Shown: one piece after another, positions 1-9,283 of the stretch | Position numbering within the stretch: the first letter of the stretch is position 1 | Layout: each line of letters opens with the position of its first letter | DNA from: Nanobdellota archaeon | Lineage (GTDB): Archaea; Nanobdellota; Nanobdellia; Woesearchaeales; GW2011-AR9 | Reading direction: 5' to 3' | Assembly: GCA_030697505.1 (NCBI GenBank) | Contig: JAUYPX010000018.1 | Span: 3,265-67,264, forward strand | DNA: 64,000 nt | Made by a program: the position numbers and the translations under genes | The notes under the pieces: model-generated | What the model was told of the DNA's origin: nothing | Seen by the model: the letters and a program-made list of their open reading frames with translations, nothing else | Databases searched by the model: none

Positions 1-9
1 GTCAAGCAC

Positions 10-321
10 ATGGAGTTATTTATAGAAGAAATAGAACAATTTTCTAAAGGTCTTTCTAAAGAAGAATTTAAAAAAAATAATTTAAAACAAAGCGCTATTC
101 TTAGAAAAATAGAGATATTGGGTGAGGCAGTCAAAAATCTTCCTGCTTCGTTCCGAAACAAATACCCCTCTGTTGAATGGAAAAAAATTACTGGTACTAG
201 AGATAAATTGATTCATCAATATTTTGGCGTTGATTTAGATTTAATGTGGGATGTTCTAAAAATAGAGCTGCCAAAACTTAAGAAAGAAATCGAGGAAATT
301 CTCCGGCTAGAAGAGCAATGA
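10..321 (+). CDS. HepT-like HEPN toxin (DUF86 family), possibly 5'-partial at the window edge
   Basis: Rx4HxY HEPN motif in TRDKLIHQY. The size and C-terminal helical region are typical of HepT. No stop codon between position 1 and the ATG at 10, so the ORF may extend upstream. The cognate MNT antitoxin would lie upstream of the window. Confidence 0.5.
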   Translation: MELFIEEIEQFSKGLSKEEFKKNNLKQSAILRKIEILGEAVKNLPASFRNKYPSVEWKKITGTRDKLIHQYFGVDLDLMWDVLKIELPKLKKEIEEILRLEEQ

Positions 322-1085
322 CTCTTAAAATACTTTCTTGGAATGTGAATGGCATCCGCGCGGTATGGAAAAAAGGTTTTCTTGATTTTGTCAAGGCAGA
401 AAATCCTGATGTCCTGTGCATTCAAGAAACCAAAGCGCATCCTGATCAAGTCGACCAAAAATTAACGGAATATGAGCATCACTTCTGGAATTCGGCAGAA
501 AGGCCCGGATATGCGGGAACGGCGGTGTTTAGTAAAGTAAAACCAATTTCAGTTCAATATAATTTTGGCCAGAAAGAAAATCACAAAGAAGAAGGAAGGA
601 TCATCACCGTAGAGTTTGCAGAATTTTATCTGGTGAATGTGTATACGCCGAATTCCGGGCGAGAGTTATTGCGCCTCAAGTATAGGGAAGAATGGGATAA
701 GCTATTTTTGAATTACGTTTTGAAACTGGAAAAGAAAAAACCAGTGATTATCTGCGGCGACTTGAATGTTGCGCATACCGAGATCGATTTAGCAAATCCC
801 AAACCGAATTACAACAAAACAGCCGGGTATATGCAAGTGGAGATCGATGGGATACAACGGATCATTGATGCGGGGTATCTTGATTCCTTTCGGGAATTTG
901 TGAAGGAGAAGGGATATTATACTTTCTGGAGCCAGATGTTCAATGCCCGGGCGCGAAATGTAGGCTGGCGGATAGATTATTTCTTAGTATCTCCGAAAAT
1001 ACGCAAGAAATTGAAGAAAGCGTTTATACTTCCCTCGGTGATGGGATCGGATCATTGTCCGGTTGGGATTGAGTTGGAAGGTTAA
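318..1085 (+). CDS. xth: exodeoxyribonuclease III / AP endonuclease (ExoIII family)
   Basis: Motifs LSWNVNG, CIQETK, ICGDLNVAH, WRIDYF and SDHCP match the EEP-fold Xth/APE1 family. Confidence 0.8.
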   Translation: MTLKILSWNVNGIRAVWKKGFLDFVKAENPDVLCIQETKAHPDQVDQKLTEYEHHFWNSAERPGYAGTAVFSKVKPISVQYNFGQKENHKEEGRIITVEFAEFYLVNVYTPNSGRELLRLKYREEWDKLFLNYVLKLEKKKPVIICGDLNVAHTEIDLANPKPNYNKTAGYMQVEIDGIQRIIDAGYLDSFREFVKEKGYYTFWSQMFNARARNVGWRIDYFLVSPKIRKKLKKAFILPSVMGSDHCPVGIELEG

Positions 1086-1115
1086 TCTTAAAAATTTTAA
1101 TTTCCAAACTGCTCA

Positions 1116-1748
1116 CTAATGATTTAATTTATAATTTGCCCCATTAAGTCTACGATTCAATCTATTTAGTATATCATTTGCATGATTTAACCTGCGATTT
1201 GCAAGTACCAGCCTGTCGTTTGCTGACAACATTCGGTAATCTAAAAGTTCCTTACACACTTGAGGAATCCTCTTTGCGTTGTCTAGCATCTTTCTCCCCT
1301 TATAGAACATGTCTTCAAGTTCTGGCTGCGGTAAAGGCTGATCAGGGACTGAGCTAAAACTTCCTGAAGGATCCCGCCAAAAAGGGACATAATCCATATT
1401 TTTTCCGTCAACAGCAAGAACAGCGTTGATCTGCATGGCATCTTTCCGCGGACCGGCAAATTCACGCATCACCATAAAATGTTCAGGGACAGGCCGCTGT
1501 TGCTCATCACACTGATAAAGTTCATCAAAGAAATGTTTTTCTTTTTGAGCAATATGGTAGCAAAACTTTCCTGCACCTTTAACTTCAAATGATGCAGAAA
1601 AGCCAACTTTTTTAGTTAAATCTAAAGAACGGCAATCTGGTTCTCGAGGTTCTGGAGCTGGTGTTGGTACTTTTGCTGATAGTGCAGCAGGAGCACAACC
1701 CATAGCTGCGACCATAGCATATATAGAAAGATAATTTTGTGGATTCAT
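1116..1748 (-). CDS. secreted lipoprotein, paralog A of a tandem pair
   Basis: Signal peptide with lipobox-like Cys (AAMGCAP). Shares blocks DCRSLDLTxKVGF, REFAGP and DYxPFWRDxSG with the adjacent ORF. Confidence 0.4.
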   Translation of the reverse strand: MNPQNYLSIYAMVAAMGCAPAALSAKVPTPAPEPREPDCRSLDLTKKVGFSASFEVKGAGKFCYHIAQKEKHFFDELYQCDEQQRPVPEHFMVMREFAGPRKDAMQINAVLAVDGKNMDYVPFWRDPSGSFSSVPDQPLPQPELEDMFYKGRKMLDNAKRIPQVCKELLDYRMLSANDRLVLANRRLNHANDILNRLNRRLNGANYKLNH

Positions 1749-1755
1749 TTTTGAC

Positions 1756-2283
1756 CTAGTGAGTTGATGGTTTATACTCTAATAATTGCTGACAAACTTC
1801 AGGAGTGGTTTTAATGACATCAAGCATATTTTTGCCTGCATCGAGCACTTTGCCAATATTCTCCGGCATTACTCCTGAAGGGAGAGTGCTTATTTTTCCA
1901 GAAGCATCACGCCAAAAAGGGATGTAATCAAAATCATTTCCAGACATTTTCAAGATATAAATCAGCTCCATAGAACCTTTATTTGGGCCGGCAAACTCAC
2001 GGATAGTTATCCCTTGTTGCGGAAGAGGCATTCCTTCACTATCGCATTCCGTTATCTTATCATAATAATGATTTTCTTTAGACGCAATAGCGTAACAGAA
2101 TCTACGTTCTGAAATGGTAAAAGAAGTATGAAATCCTACTTTCTGGGTCAGATCAAGAGAACGGCAATCGGGTAGAACTTGAGTAGGTTTTGGAGCAGGG
2201 GTTGACGTTATTTTGGCCTGTTGTAGAGAATTACTGCAACCTACCAGCAAAGCAGCAGTTAGAGATAGATATTTTGTGTTCAT
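1756..2283 (-). CDS. secreted lipoprotein, paralog B of a tandem pair
   Basis: Signal peptide plus Cys (LLVGCSNS). Conserved blocks shared with 1116..1748. Confidence 0.4.
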   Translation of the reverse strand: MNTKYLSLTAALLVGCSNSLQQAKITSTPAPKPTQVLPDCRSLDLTQKVGFHTSFTISERRFCYAIASKENHYYDKITECDSEGMPLPQQGITIREFAGPNKGSMELIYILKMSGNDFDYIPFWRDASGKISTLPSGVMPENIGKVLDAGKNMLDVIKTTPEVCQQLLEYKPSTH

Positions 2284-2389
2284 AACAAATAGTAGTTGTT
2301 AGGAGATTAAAAAGATTGTGGAAGTGGAGAGATAGAAACTTAAAGCTCCTCTCAAAACCTTTAAAAACTGATCTTTACTTTAGACACAA

Positions 2390-3311
2390 ATGGCTTTCGA
2401 TATCCTTTCCATGATCCTTATTGTAGTAGGGCTGTGTTTATTTGAAACGGTCAGCGGCATCGACAACGCGGTCATCAATGCCGAAGTTCTCAGAACTATG
2501 TCTGCCAAAGCCAGGCGATGGTTCCTGTTCTGGGGCATACTCTTTGCTTCTCCCCTGGCTGATCATCTGGTTTACCAATCCCTCTTTGGGATTTATTGGT
2601 TCATTGACGGCTACATTCAGCTCTGATCCCAAAGTGATAGAAGCGATCGAAGCCTCTGCGCCTTTATTGTTAGCAGGAGGAGGAACGTTCTTAGTGCTTT
2701 TATTCTTCCATTGGCTGTTCATGGAGCCAAAAGTGTATGGCTTGCATTTTGAAAAATTCTTTCACCGCCACGGGATTTGGTTTTTTGCAGTAGCATCAGT
2801 TATTTTATCTGCTATTGTTTGGTTCTCATTGAAGCAGAATCCCTTTATGGCTTTCTCAGCCGTACTAGGATCGACGGCGTTTTTCATCACCCACGGCTTT
2901 AAGGAAAACGCAGAGAAAGTGGAACACGATATGCTGCATAAGAAAGAAGGCCTTAGCGACATCAGCAAAATCATGTATCTGGAAGTCATTGATGCCACTT
3001 TCTCGGTGGATGCAGTCTTAGGCGCATTTGCGTTTACGTTATCAATTCCGTTAATACTGTTGGGAAACGGCTTAGGAGCATTAGTGGTGCGAAAATTGAC
3101 CACTAGCAACATTGAGCGGATCAAAAAATACAAATATCTGAAAAACGGCGCGATGTATTCAGTATTATTCTTAGGCAGCATCATGCTGGCAGAAAGTTTT
3201 GGCGCACATATTCCGGTGTTGGTCTCGCCATTGATCACGGTCGGAGCATTGGCGTATTTCTTTTATAGGTCAGTACAGGAACTTAATAAGAAACCGGTAG
3301 AAGTGGTTTGA
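2390..3311 (+). pseudogene. DUF475/TerC-superfamily integral membrane protein interrupted by a +1 frameshift at a C4 run (2552-2555)
   Basis: The 78 aa ORF (2390..2626) carries the family N-terminal motif SGIDNAVINAEVL...RRWFLFWGILFA. The continuation sits in the +1 frame (2442..3311), which holds the second repeat motif EVIDATFSVDAVLGAFAFT. Deleting one C from tcccct at 2551-2556 restores a single ORF. Confidence 0.45.
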
Positions 3312-4438
3312 TTCTTGGGTTGCACAATCTTTTTATGTACATGAACTTTTTTTGCCCTATGCAAGAAGAGCTGCTCCTGTTGGCCAATCCCAATGGCAAA
3401 AATGTCACTCCGCAAAAGATCAAGAGATTGCAAGACATCTTCCTGGAAGGAAAGGGAAAATTACAGACTACCTTGATTGTGACTAAAAATCTTTCTCAGC
3501 TCGAAAAAGTGATCACAGAATATAAAAGAGGAGGAACAAGCACGGTAGGCATCATCGGCGGCGATGGCACAGTCATGCATACCAGGACCTTGATAGAGAA
3601 CATCTGGGGTTATGCGCCGAGATATGCGTTCTTTCCACTGGGCACTATGAACAATATCCATCGCGCCCTAGGCCTGGGCAGATCCGATTCTTCTATTAGA
3701 TTAGCTCAGCATATGGTAACTGCCGCCGGCAATGATGCGCTGAAGGAATATACTATCTCTTTTCCTTCGTTAGATGCCAATGGGCGAAAGGGTTTCAATA
3801 TAGGCTTTGGGCTAATACCTAAGTTATTATGGCTGTACTATGGACATACCGCCAAACAGTACCGGGAATTAGAGGAAGCATTGCAACATTCTCCACCGAA
3901 AGAATATCAAGCGAAGTACAAAGAGATCACCAAAAAACAAGAGACTGACCTGTTTGATCTTTTATCCGAAGAACGGGGATTATGGGGAGCGGTTAAAACT
4001 ACGCTGCGATTGATGAATGGATTACGAAACTATACTGACGAGAGATATTTGCTCCATAAGCCTCTTTCCGGCGGGATCAGCTTTGATGGGCAACGGCAGC
4101 ATTTTCCCAAAGCGCCATTAGGCTTATACATCTCTTGTTACCAAGAAACCAATCTAGGATTAGGGCCTTTCAATCCCAAACCGGCGCCGGAAGCAGGAAA
4201 AGAGGAAGGGAAATTTCAGGCAGTGGTCCCTTATGGGAATCCATTTTCGATCATGCCGCAATTGCTAAAGGTCATAGCGGGGGGAAAGCTTTCCAATGCT
4301 GTCTACCAACAAGTTTCTTCGGCAGAACTTCCTTCCGAAAAATTTGCGCAGGTAGATGGAGAAATAATCTTAGAAAAAGGATTTAAGGTAAGCTATGACC
4401 GCAAACGAGAGATCATCTGCCTACCTGCAGCTGGATAA
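3308..4438 (+). CDS. lipid kinase of the diacylglycerol kinase catalytic domain family (YegS/DAGK_cat-like)
   Basis: GGDGTV motif after a beta-alpha stretch (VGIIGGDGTVMH). The true start may be the internal Met at 3359. Confidence 0.45.
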   Translation: MILGLHNLFMYMNFFCPMQEELLLLANPNGKNVTPQKIKRLQDIFLEGKGKLQTTLIVTKNLSQLEKVITEYKRGGTSTVGIIGGDGTVMHTRTLIENIWGYAPRYAFFPLGTMNNIHRALGLGRSDSSIRLAQHMVTAAGNDALKEYTISFPSLDANGRKGFNIGFGLIPKLLWLYYGHTAKQYRELEEALQHSPPKEYQAKYKEITKKQETDLFDLLSEERGLWGAVKTTLRLMNGLRNYTDERYLLHKPLSGGISFDGQRQHFPKAPLGLYISCYQETNLGLGPFNPKPAPEAGKEEGKFQAVVPYGNPFSIMPQLLKVIAGGKLSNAVYQQVSSAELPSEKFAQVDGEIILEKGFKVSYDRKREIICLPAAG

Positions 4439-4591
4439 GTAATTCTCGGGCGTGTTCTTTATCGACGCTATAGATCACCTGACGGAGAGTTGTTCCTACA
4501 GGACGGATTTGTCATCAAATATGACGGAAAGGTAAAATTCATTTCCCCACTTGCAGGTTTGTAAAAGGAGAGAATAGTTGAAGGTATCTCT

Positions 4592-4903
4592 TTACAAATT
4601 GTTTAAAAAGTACAAAAATCTATCTTTATATCCAGCAGGTTCCCAAGAATAACGGTCAAAAAAATCATGTTTAGAGAATACCCACAGACTACCATCCTGA
4701 TCTAAAGACTTCGATCTGTCTGCAGCCATTCTGTCAGCTTCTAGATAGTGTAAGACTTTAGTGGATCGGTCGTTTATATTGTTAGCTCTACAATAGTCAT
4801 CTAAACTTATTTTTGTAGCTTTGGGTAGTCCATAAAGAGTAGCACGAACACTACCTAAGGCACCAGTTTTCTCCCATGACTCTATTGAACAGGATAAATA
4901 CAT
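4592..4903 (-). CDS. hypothetical protein
   Basis: ORF only; no recognisable motif. Confidence 0.3.
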   Translation of the reverse strand: MYLSCSIESWEKTGALGSVRATLYGLPKATKISLDDYCRANNINDRSTKVLHYLEADRMAADRSKSLDQDGSLWVFSKHDFFDRYSWEPAGYKDRFLYFLNNL

Positions 4904-4958
4904 TATAATTTACTAAAAACAAAATCTTGTTTATAAGCTTTATGAATAATTTTTTCAT

Positions 4959-5558
4959 TTAATTACCATTAGATTTTAGACTCGTAAGCAATTCCCTGGC
5001 CCGTTCTTTATCCACAGCATAGATCGCCTGCAGATATTTCTCTCCCAGGACAATGCTTTCTTTGCATTCAGCATCACAAGGAAAATGAGAGATTATTACC
5101 AAATCTTGTTCACGTTTGGAGAGATTGGTATGCGGGTTAGTCGGTTTATGTTCAGGATTGCTGTTGCGAGCGCTAAAATTCTGGCAAAAAAATTCAACGC
5201 AGCAGCGAGGGTATCCTAATACTAATCCTAGATCCTGATGATTTTGCACTAATTCATAATAACTGGCCAGCCAGGCTTGCTGCTCATCGTTAGAGATATA
5301 GACAAAATACATTCCCGGCCGTCTATCGTTTTCCGGAATTCTGACCCCCTTATTGGAATAGACTCCTTCATCGGCAAAGAGCACTTTGAAGTTTGATTTA
5401 ACTAAAAATAGTTTATTTTTGTGGCAGAATTGCTCTACTTTGAACAGTTCAGAGTCATAAAAGCCATGGCGCACCACTTTTTTGGCATTTTGCTGCAAGA
5501 GCGCTATTTCCTGGGCCTTGCTCTTCGAGCCGAAGATAAGGGATAACTGCCGGATCAT
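4959..5558 (-). CDS. conserved hypothetical protein with a GYPRCC cysteine motif
   Basis: ORF with a GYPRCCVEFF motif. A short degenerate copy of its 3' end lies at 4447-4490. Confidence 0.35.
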   Translation of the reverse strand: MIRQLSLIFGSKSKAQEIALLQQNAKKVVRHGFYDSELFKVEQFCHKNKLFLVKSNFKVLFADEGVYSNKGVRIPENDRRPGMYFVYISNDEQQAWLASYYELVQNHQDLGLVLGYPRCCVEFFCQNFSARNSNPEHKPTNPHTNLSKREQDLVIISHFPCDAECKESIVLGEKYLQAIYAVDKERARELLTSLKSNGN

Positions 5559-5630
5559 GCTATATAAAATGGTTTAGGTATATATTATCTTTTCTGAATA
5601 TTTTTATAGTATACCCCCTTTTAAGAAGGA

Positions 5631-6221
5631 ATGAACAAGGAAGAGATTGAACAACTATTTGAAATTGCTCTAGAAGAATTCGAGCAAGAATGTAAAAAAG
5701 CAAAATATGCGCAAAAGGAAATTATGTGTGATAACAAGCATGGGGTCTTCATCAATTTTGCGGGCATAGAAGTAAATTATAGCACCTTCGCCTTAGCTGA
5801 TGATAATGTAGAATATTATCTTCATGTTCAAGAAGAGAAGCATAATTTATACCACAAGGTTTTGCAAGAGCATCGCTTGAAAATGAGAAAAGAATGGAAA
5901 AGCTTCAATAGCGTAGTACACTCTTTGATTCAACGCTGGACAAAACCATCGGCGCCAGAACTGGAAAAGATGATCAACCAAACCAGGATGAAAATTAGTT
6001 TTGATAAAGTTCTTACTGAAGGAGCGCGCCTAGGGAACTATTTTTTTAGAGAAGAAGTCGGCGAAGTGCCGGCAGCACTGCAAAAAACAAAAAATGCACT
6101 GATAACCCATACCGAGAATATCTACGAGAATGCTAAAGATTTATATTCTGCCGATCAAGACCGACTGCAGTATTTCAGAAATAAATATTCTTTATGGTAT
6201 GAGAAGAACGCCGTGGAATGA
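5631..6221 (+). CDS. hypothetical protein
   Basis: ORF with a TATA-like box at 5601-5608, about 27 nt upstream of the ATG. Confidence 0.35.
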   Translation: MNKEEIEQLFEIALEEFEQECKKAKYAQKEIMCDNKHGVFINFAGIEVNYSTFALADDNVEYYLHVQEEKHNLYHKVLQEHRLKMRKEWKSFNSVVHSLIQRWTKPSAPELEKMINQTRMKISFDKVLTEGARLGNYFFREEVGEVPAALQKTKNALITHTENIYENAKDLYSADQDRLQYFRNKYSLWYEKNAVE

Positions 6222-6989
6222 TGCTGCTTCAGCAATAATTTCTGCATAGATCTCTTCTATCTCTTTACCTTGCGACAAGAGTTGATGGATGAAACTAAAA
6301 GCAAGATTATGCAGACCATTTTCTGCCGGATGTTCAGTGATGATAGCTTCTCCTAAGTCAGCGATATTGTGTTCCTGAATAATTTTCATCCAAAGCAAAG
6401 AAAAAGCATAGGCTTTGGCTTCCTCATCATGCTGATTTGGCAGGGTTTTAGTCAAGACGTGGCCCAACTCATGGCCGATAGTGAGCATCACTCTTCCTAA
6501 CGTATCGTTGAGGATAAAAATTTCTGAGAGCAATCCTTGCTGGCCGCGATTCAGCGATAAGCCGATGGTGCCCGATGAAGGAGCGATCTTGCTGAATTCT
6601 TCTTGATTCAGTATGCTCATTTTAATATTAGCAGGAAACTCCTGATGGCAGATTTTTTCAAAAGCTTCTTCCACGAATTCGCGCACTTCTTCTGCCTTTC
6701 CGACAAAAGCTCCTTCTTTTCCGGGCTTAAGGAACGTATCCGGAACAAAATAGTACTCTGGTTGGATGCTTATGAAGTTATAATTTTCTTTATTTATTGG
6801 ATAAGAAGATAATTTCTCTTTCTCAATTGAGGAATAGGAAAAAATAGCATCTCGGGAAGGTATGAACATGCCATCGTTATATGATGCTGGAGGTGCGGAG
6901 ATGGAGTAAAAAGCTTGGGGGGAAGAAGTATAATTAGATGTGCTTCTGGTGATATATTCTAATCCGCTATACTGTGACCCATGATACAT
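6192..6989 (-). CDS. ImmA/IrrE-family (DUF955) zinc metallopeptidase
   Basis: HEXXH in TIGHELGHVL, followed by the E..A..FA..LL segment (EEAKAYAFSLLW) typical of ImmA/IrrE. Confidence 0.5.
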   Translation of the reverse strand: MYHGSQYSGLEYITRSTSNYTSSPQAFYSISAPPASYNDGMFIPSRDAIFSYSSIEKEKLSSYPINKENYNFISIQPEYYFVPDTFLKPGKEGAFVGKAEEVREFVEEAFEKICHQEFPANIKMSILNQEEFSKIAPSSGTIGLSLNRGQQGLLSEIFILNDTLGRVMLTIGHELGHVLTKTLPNQHDEEAKAYAFSLLWMKIIQEHNIADLGEAIITEHPAENGLHNLAFSFIHQLLSQGKEIEEIYAEIIAEAASFHGVLLIP

Positions 6990-7394
6990 AACTTTGTTGT
7001 TAAAGGCTTTCAGTAATTTAAAGAAAATCCTGAAAAGCAGCTATCCCCAGCCCTAAAGGGCGGGGATTTACGCAAGAAAAGTGACAGCGATCACTTTTCT
7101 GCGCAGAAATGAGATATTCTTCGCATTTCTTGCGCCGCTTTTCCGAGACGGATTTTCTAAAACAAGAAAAGAAACAAAGATTTCTTTTCTGTTCAGAAAT
7201 AAAGTAGTTTCTTTATTTCATGAATCAAAAATAGCGAAATCCATGCGAGCATTCACTCGCATTCGCACAGAAAGACGACGATCTTTCTGGCGTCCAAGCA
7301 AAGTCGTTGCTTTGCTCAGGACATCCCTAAACATAAATGTTAGGGATTTCTGCTTTTTTGATTTAAGCTTTTAGGAAAAACGGGGACAAAAAAG

Positions 7395-8129
7395 TCAATC
7401 CCTTCTAACAATCTCTTTGATACATAAAATAGTATCCAACATCCCAATACTGGAAGCCAAACTTTTCCTTTTGCCGTCAGGACCAACATGAGAACTAGAA
7501 GCATGAATCATTCCTGCTAAAGCTCCATCACAAACTACGGCGCCTCCACTACATCCTGGAAACGAGTCGACTTCAGCAATATATTCATAACTTACTACAT
7601 TACCATGATTATGTTCTCTATTTTCTGTAACTAATCCTGGCTCACTTTGATATAATGTAGTTCTGTTTGGGCGAGCTAGAATATAGACCTCCTGGCCTAC
7701 GACAAGACCTGGATGAATATTAAACCGTTTTATCTCTGAAAAACCTTTTCCCTTCACTAATGCTAAATCTTGTTCTTCTGCGGAATGAAATAAAAAGGAA
7801 GTTTCAAGGGCATAAAAATTACCAGAATAATCTGCCACAGAAAGAAAACCAAGACTGTCCTGCTTTTGTTCATAAACTTTCTTCCAATCTTCTTTTCTTG
7901 GAGTTATGTTATGATACGCAGTGAGAATTATATCTTTTGTAATTCGAACTCCACCACCTACATCGTGTTGCACTCCATTCTTTTCATAAACCAAGGTTAC
8001 TAAGTTTTGTTGTAAAGATTTTTCAGATTCTTCTGGAGAAAGAACTTTTTTTTCTGCAGAGCATACGAAATCATTCAATTCTTTAACATCAACTTCGGTT
8101 AATAAAAACATTTTTCTCTGCCTAAACAT
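7395..8129 (-). CDS. trypsin-like (S1 family) serine peptidase
   Basis: Catalytic His in LTAYHN, Asp region DLALVK, and Ser in GCSGGAV (a GDSGG variant). Confidence 0.5.
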   Translation of the reverse strand: MFRQRKMFLLTEVDVKELNDFVCSAEKKVLSPEESEKSLQQNLVTLVYEKNGVQHDVGGGVRITKDIILTAYHNITPRKEDWKKVYEQKQDSLGFLSVADYSGNFYALETSFLFHSAEEQDLALVKGKGFSEIKRFNIHPGLVVGQEVYILARPNRTTLYQSEPGLVTENREHNHGNVVSYEYIAEVDSFPGCSGGAVVCDGALAGMIHASSSHVGPDGKRKSLASSIGMLDTILCIKEIVRRD

Positions 8130-8516
8130 CTATGGTTTGTAACCAATAGAGTCATGATAGAACTTACGCACATCTACTGGGAGGGAAGAACCTAGTTCTT
8201 TTGAAGCTTTATCCATTGCTTCTACCATATCATGCCCTTCGATCATTAAATTCGCTGCTATTGAGGCGATATCTAAATTTCTTTGAGCACGGGAAATCTT
8301 TTGTGTTTCAGTTTCATTGGTATTTCCTTTTAATATAAAATGGCGATATGCTTCAAACAGGGTTACCATACCCTGAACATCATTTTCTTCATAAAGACGT
8401 AACATTTCACAAGGAAAATCCCACTTCTGGATAGAATCTGGTGCCCAAGGAGTGCTTACGCTCTGCAACTTCTCGGCTAGAGTTAGTTCATTAGACATAT
8501 TCAAAACTTTTTGCAA
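8130..8516 (-). CDS. hypothetical protein co-oriented with the S1 peptidase
   Basis: ORF only; the two genes abut on the same strand (8129/8130). Confidence 0.3.
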   Translation of the reverse strand: MQKVLNMSNELTLAEKLQSVSTPWAPDSIQKWDFPCEMLRLYEENDVQGMVTLFEAYRHFILKGNTNETETQKISRAQRNLDIASIAANLMIEGHDMVEAMDKASKELGSSLPVDVRKFYHDSIGYKP

Positions 8517-8553
8517 AGAACCTATTTAATACTTGCCTATAGTAACTATTTAC

Positions 8554-9102
8554 CTACTCGATGTAAACCTTACTTTCTTTGGTAGTCATAACCCCGTCAG
8601 CGATAGTGCAAGTCAAAGGTTTGTCAAAGGTCCAAGAGAACGATTCTCCAGGGTTTAGAAAGCCACTGCGCACTTCACGGCATTCACGTACGCCGATAAT
8701 CATGGCTTTATTGATTGTGCCAGACCTGGTATTTTTCCACACCACGGTGTCTCCCACTTTGATATACAATTTATCCGGGCTGAAGCCATCAGCAGTCATC
8801 TTCACGATATGTGTTGCAGCTTTTGGTTCTTCTGGCTCAACTACCACGCTTCCGGTAGGAGAGGGGGAACTTTTTTCGGTTTGAGACTGCACTGTTTGCG
8901 CAGCTTCCGGAATAGCTTCTGGAGCCGCTGGTGAGGAAGTAGATTCTTTATTAACCCCGTCAAGTGAAGCAGTCAGCCTTTCGCAGCCGGCCAAAAGGGA
9001 AACGACAATAATAAAAAGGAGCATCAATGGCAAGGCGGAGAGCAGTTTAGATTTGATCATAATGATAGAAGAACCCCTATCTTTAAAAATATTTTGGTTC
9101 AC
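8554..9102 (-). CDS. secreted lipoprotein with a cupredoxin-like beta-sandwich domain, no obvious Cu ligands
   Basis: Signal peptide plus Cys (LLAGCERL), a Ser/Pro/Glu-rich linker, and a C-terminal pattern TADGFSPDKLYIKVGDTVVWKN resembling plastocyanin-like folds. Confidence 0.35.
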   Translation of the reverse strand: MNQNIFKDRGSSIIMIKSKLLSALPLMLLFIIVVSLLAGCERLTASLDGVNKESTSSPAAPEAIPEAAQTVQSQTEKSSPSPTGSVVVEPEEPKAATHIVKMTADGFSPDKLYIKVGDTVVWKNTRSGTINKAMIIGVRECREVRSGFLNPGESFSWTFDKPLTCTIADGVMTTKESKVYIE

Positions 9103-9283
9103 TACTTTTGAATACTAAAGACCATAAACTTTATATAGGGGTGCCTATTTTAGAGTAGTAAACATCTATCACCTCTTTTTCCCCAGCCAGCCTTTCGGGG
9201 CTGGCCAGGGGTTTATATTCATTTTTCTTCATAATCATTACGCGCACTAAATTTTTATAAACCAGTTTACCGACTTTCTGAGC

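Noticed and set aside
7081-7374. 97 aa ORF (MTAITFLRRNEIFF...) in the repeat-rich spacer
   Set aside because: The implausible Arg/Phe-rich low-complexity translation lies entirely within the hairpin/repeat locus A (7040-7400). Treated as non-coding.
9150-9200. GC-rich hairpin (ccccagccagcctttcggggctggccagggg) as an intrinsic terminator
   Set aside because: It lies between divergently transcribed genes (8554..9102 minus and 9284..10468 plus), so it is in a promoter region. The stem is imperfect. Possibly a regulatory site, but unsupported.
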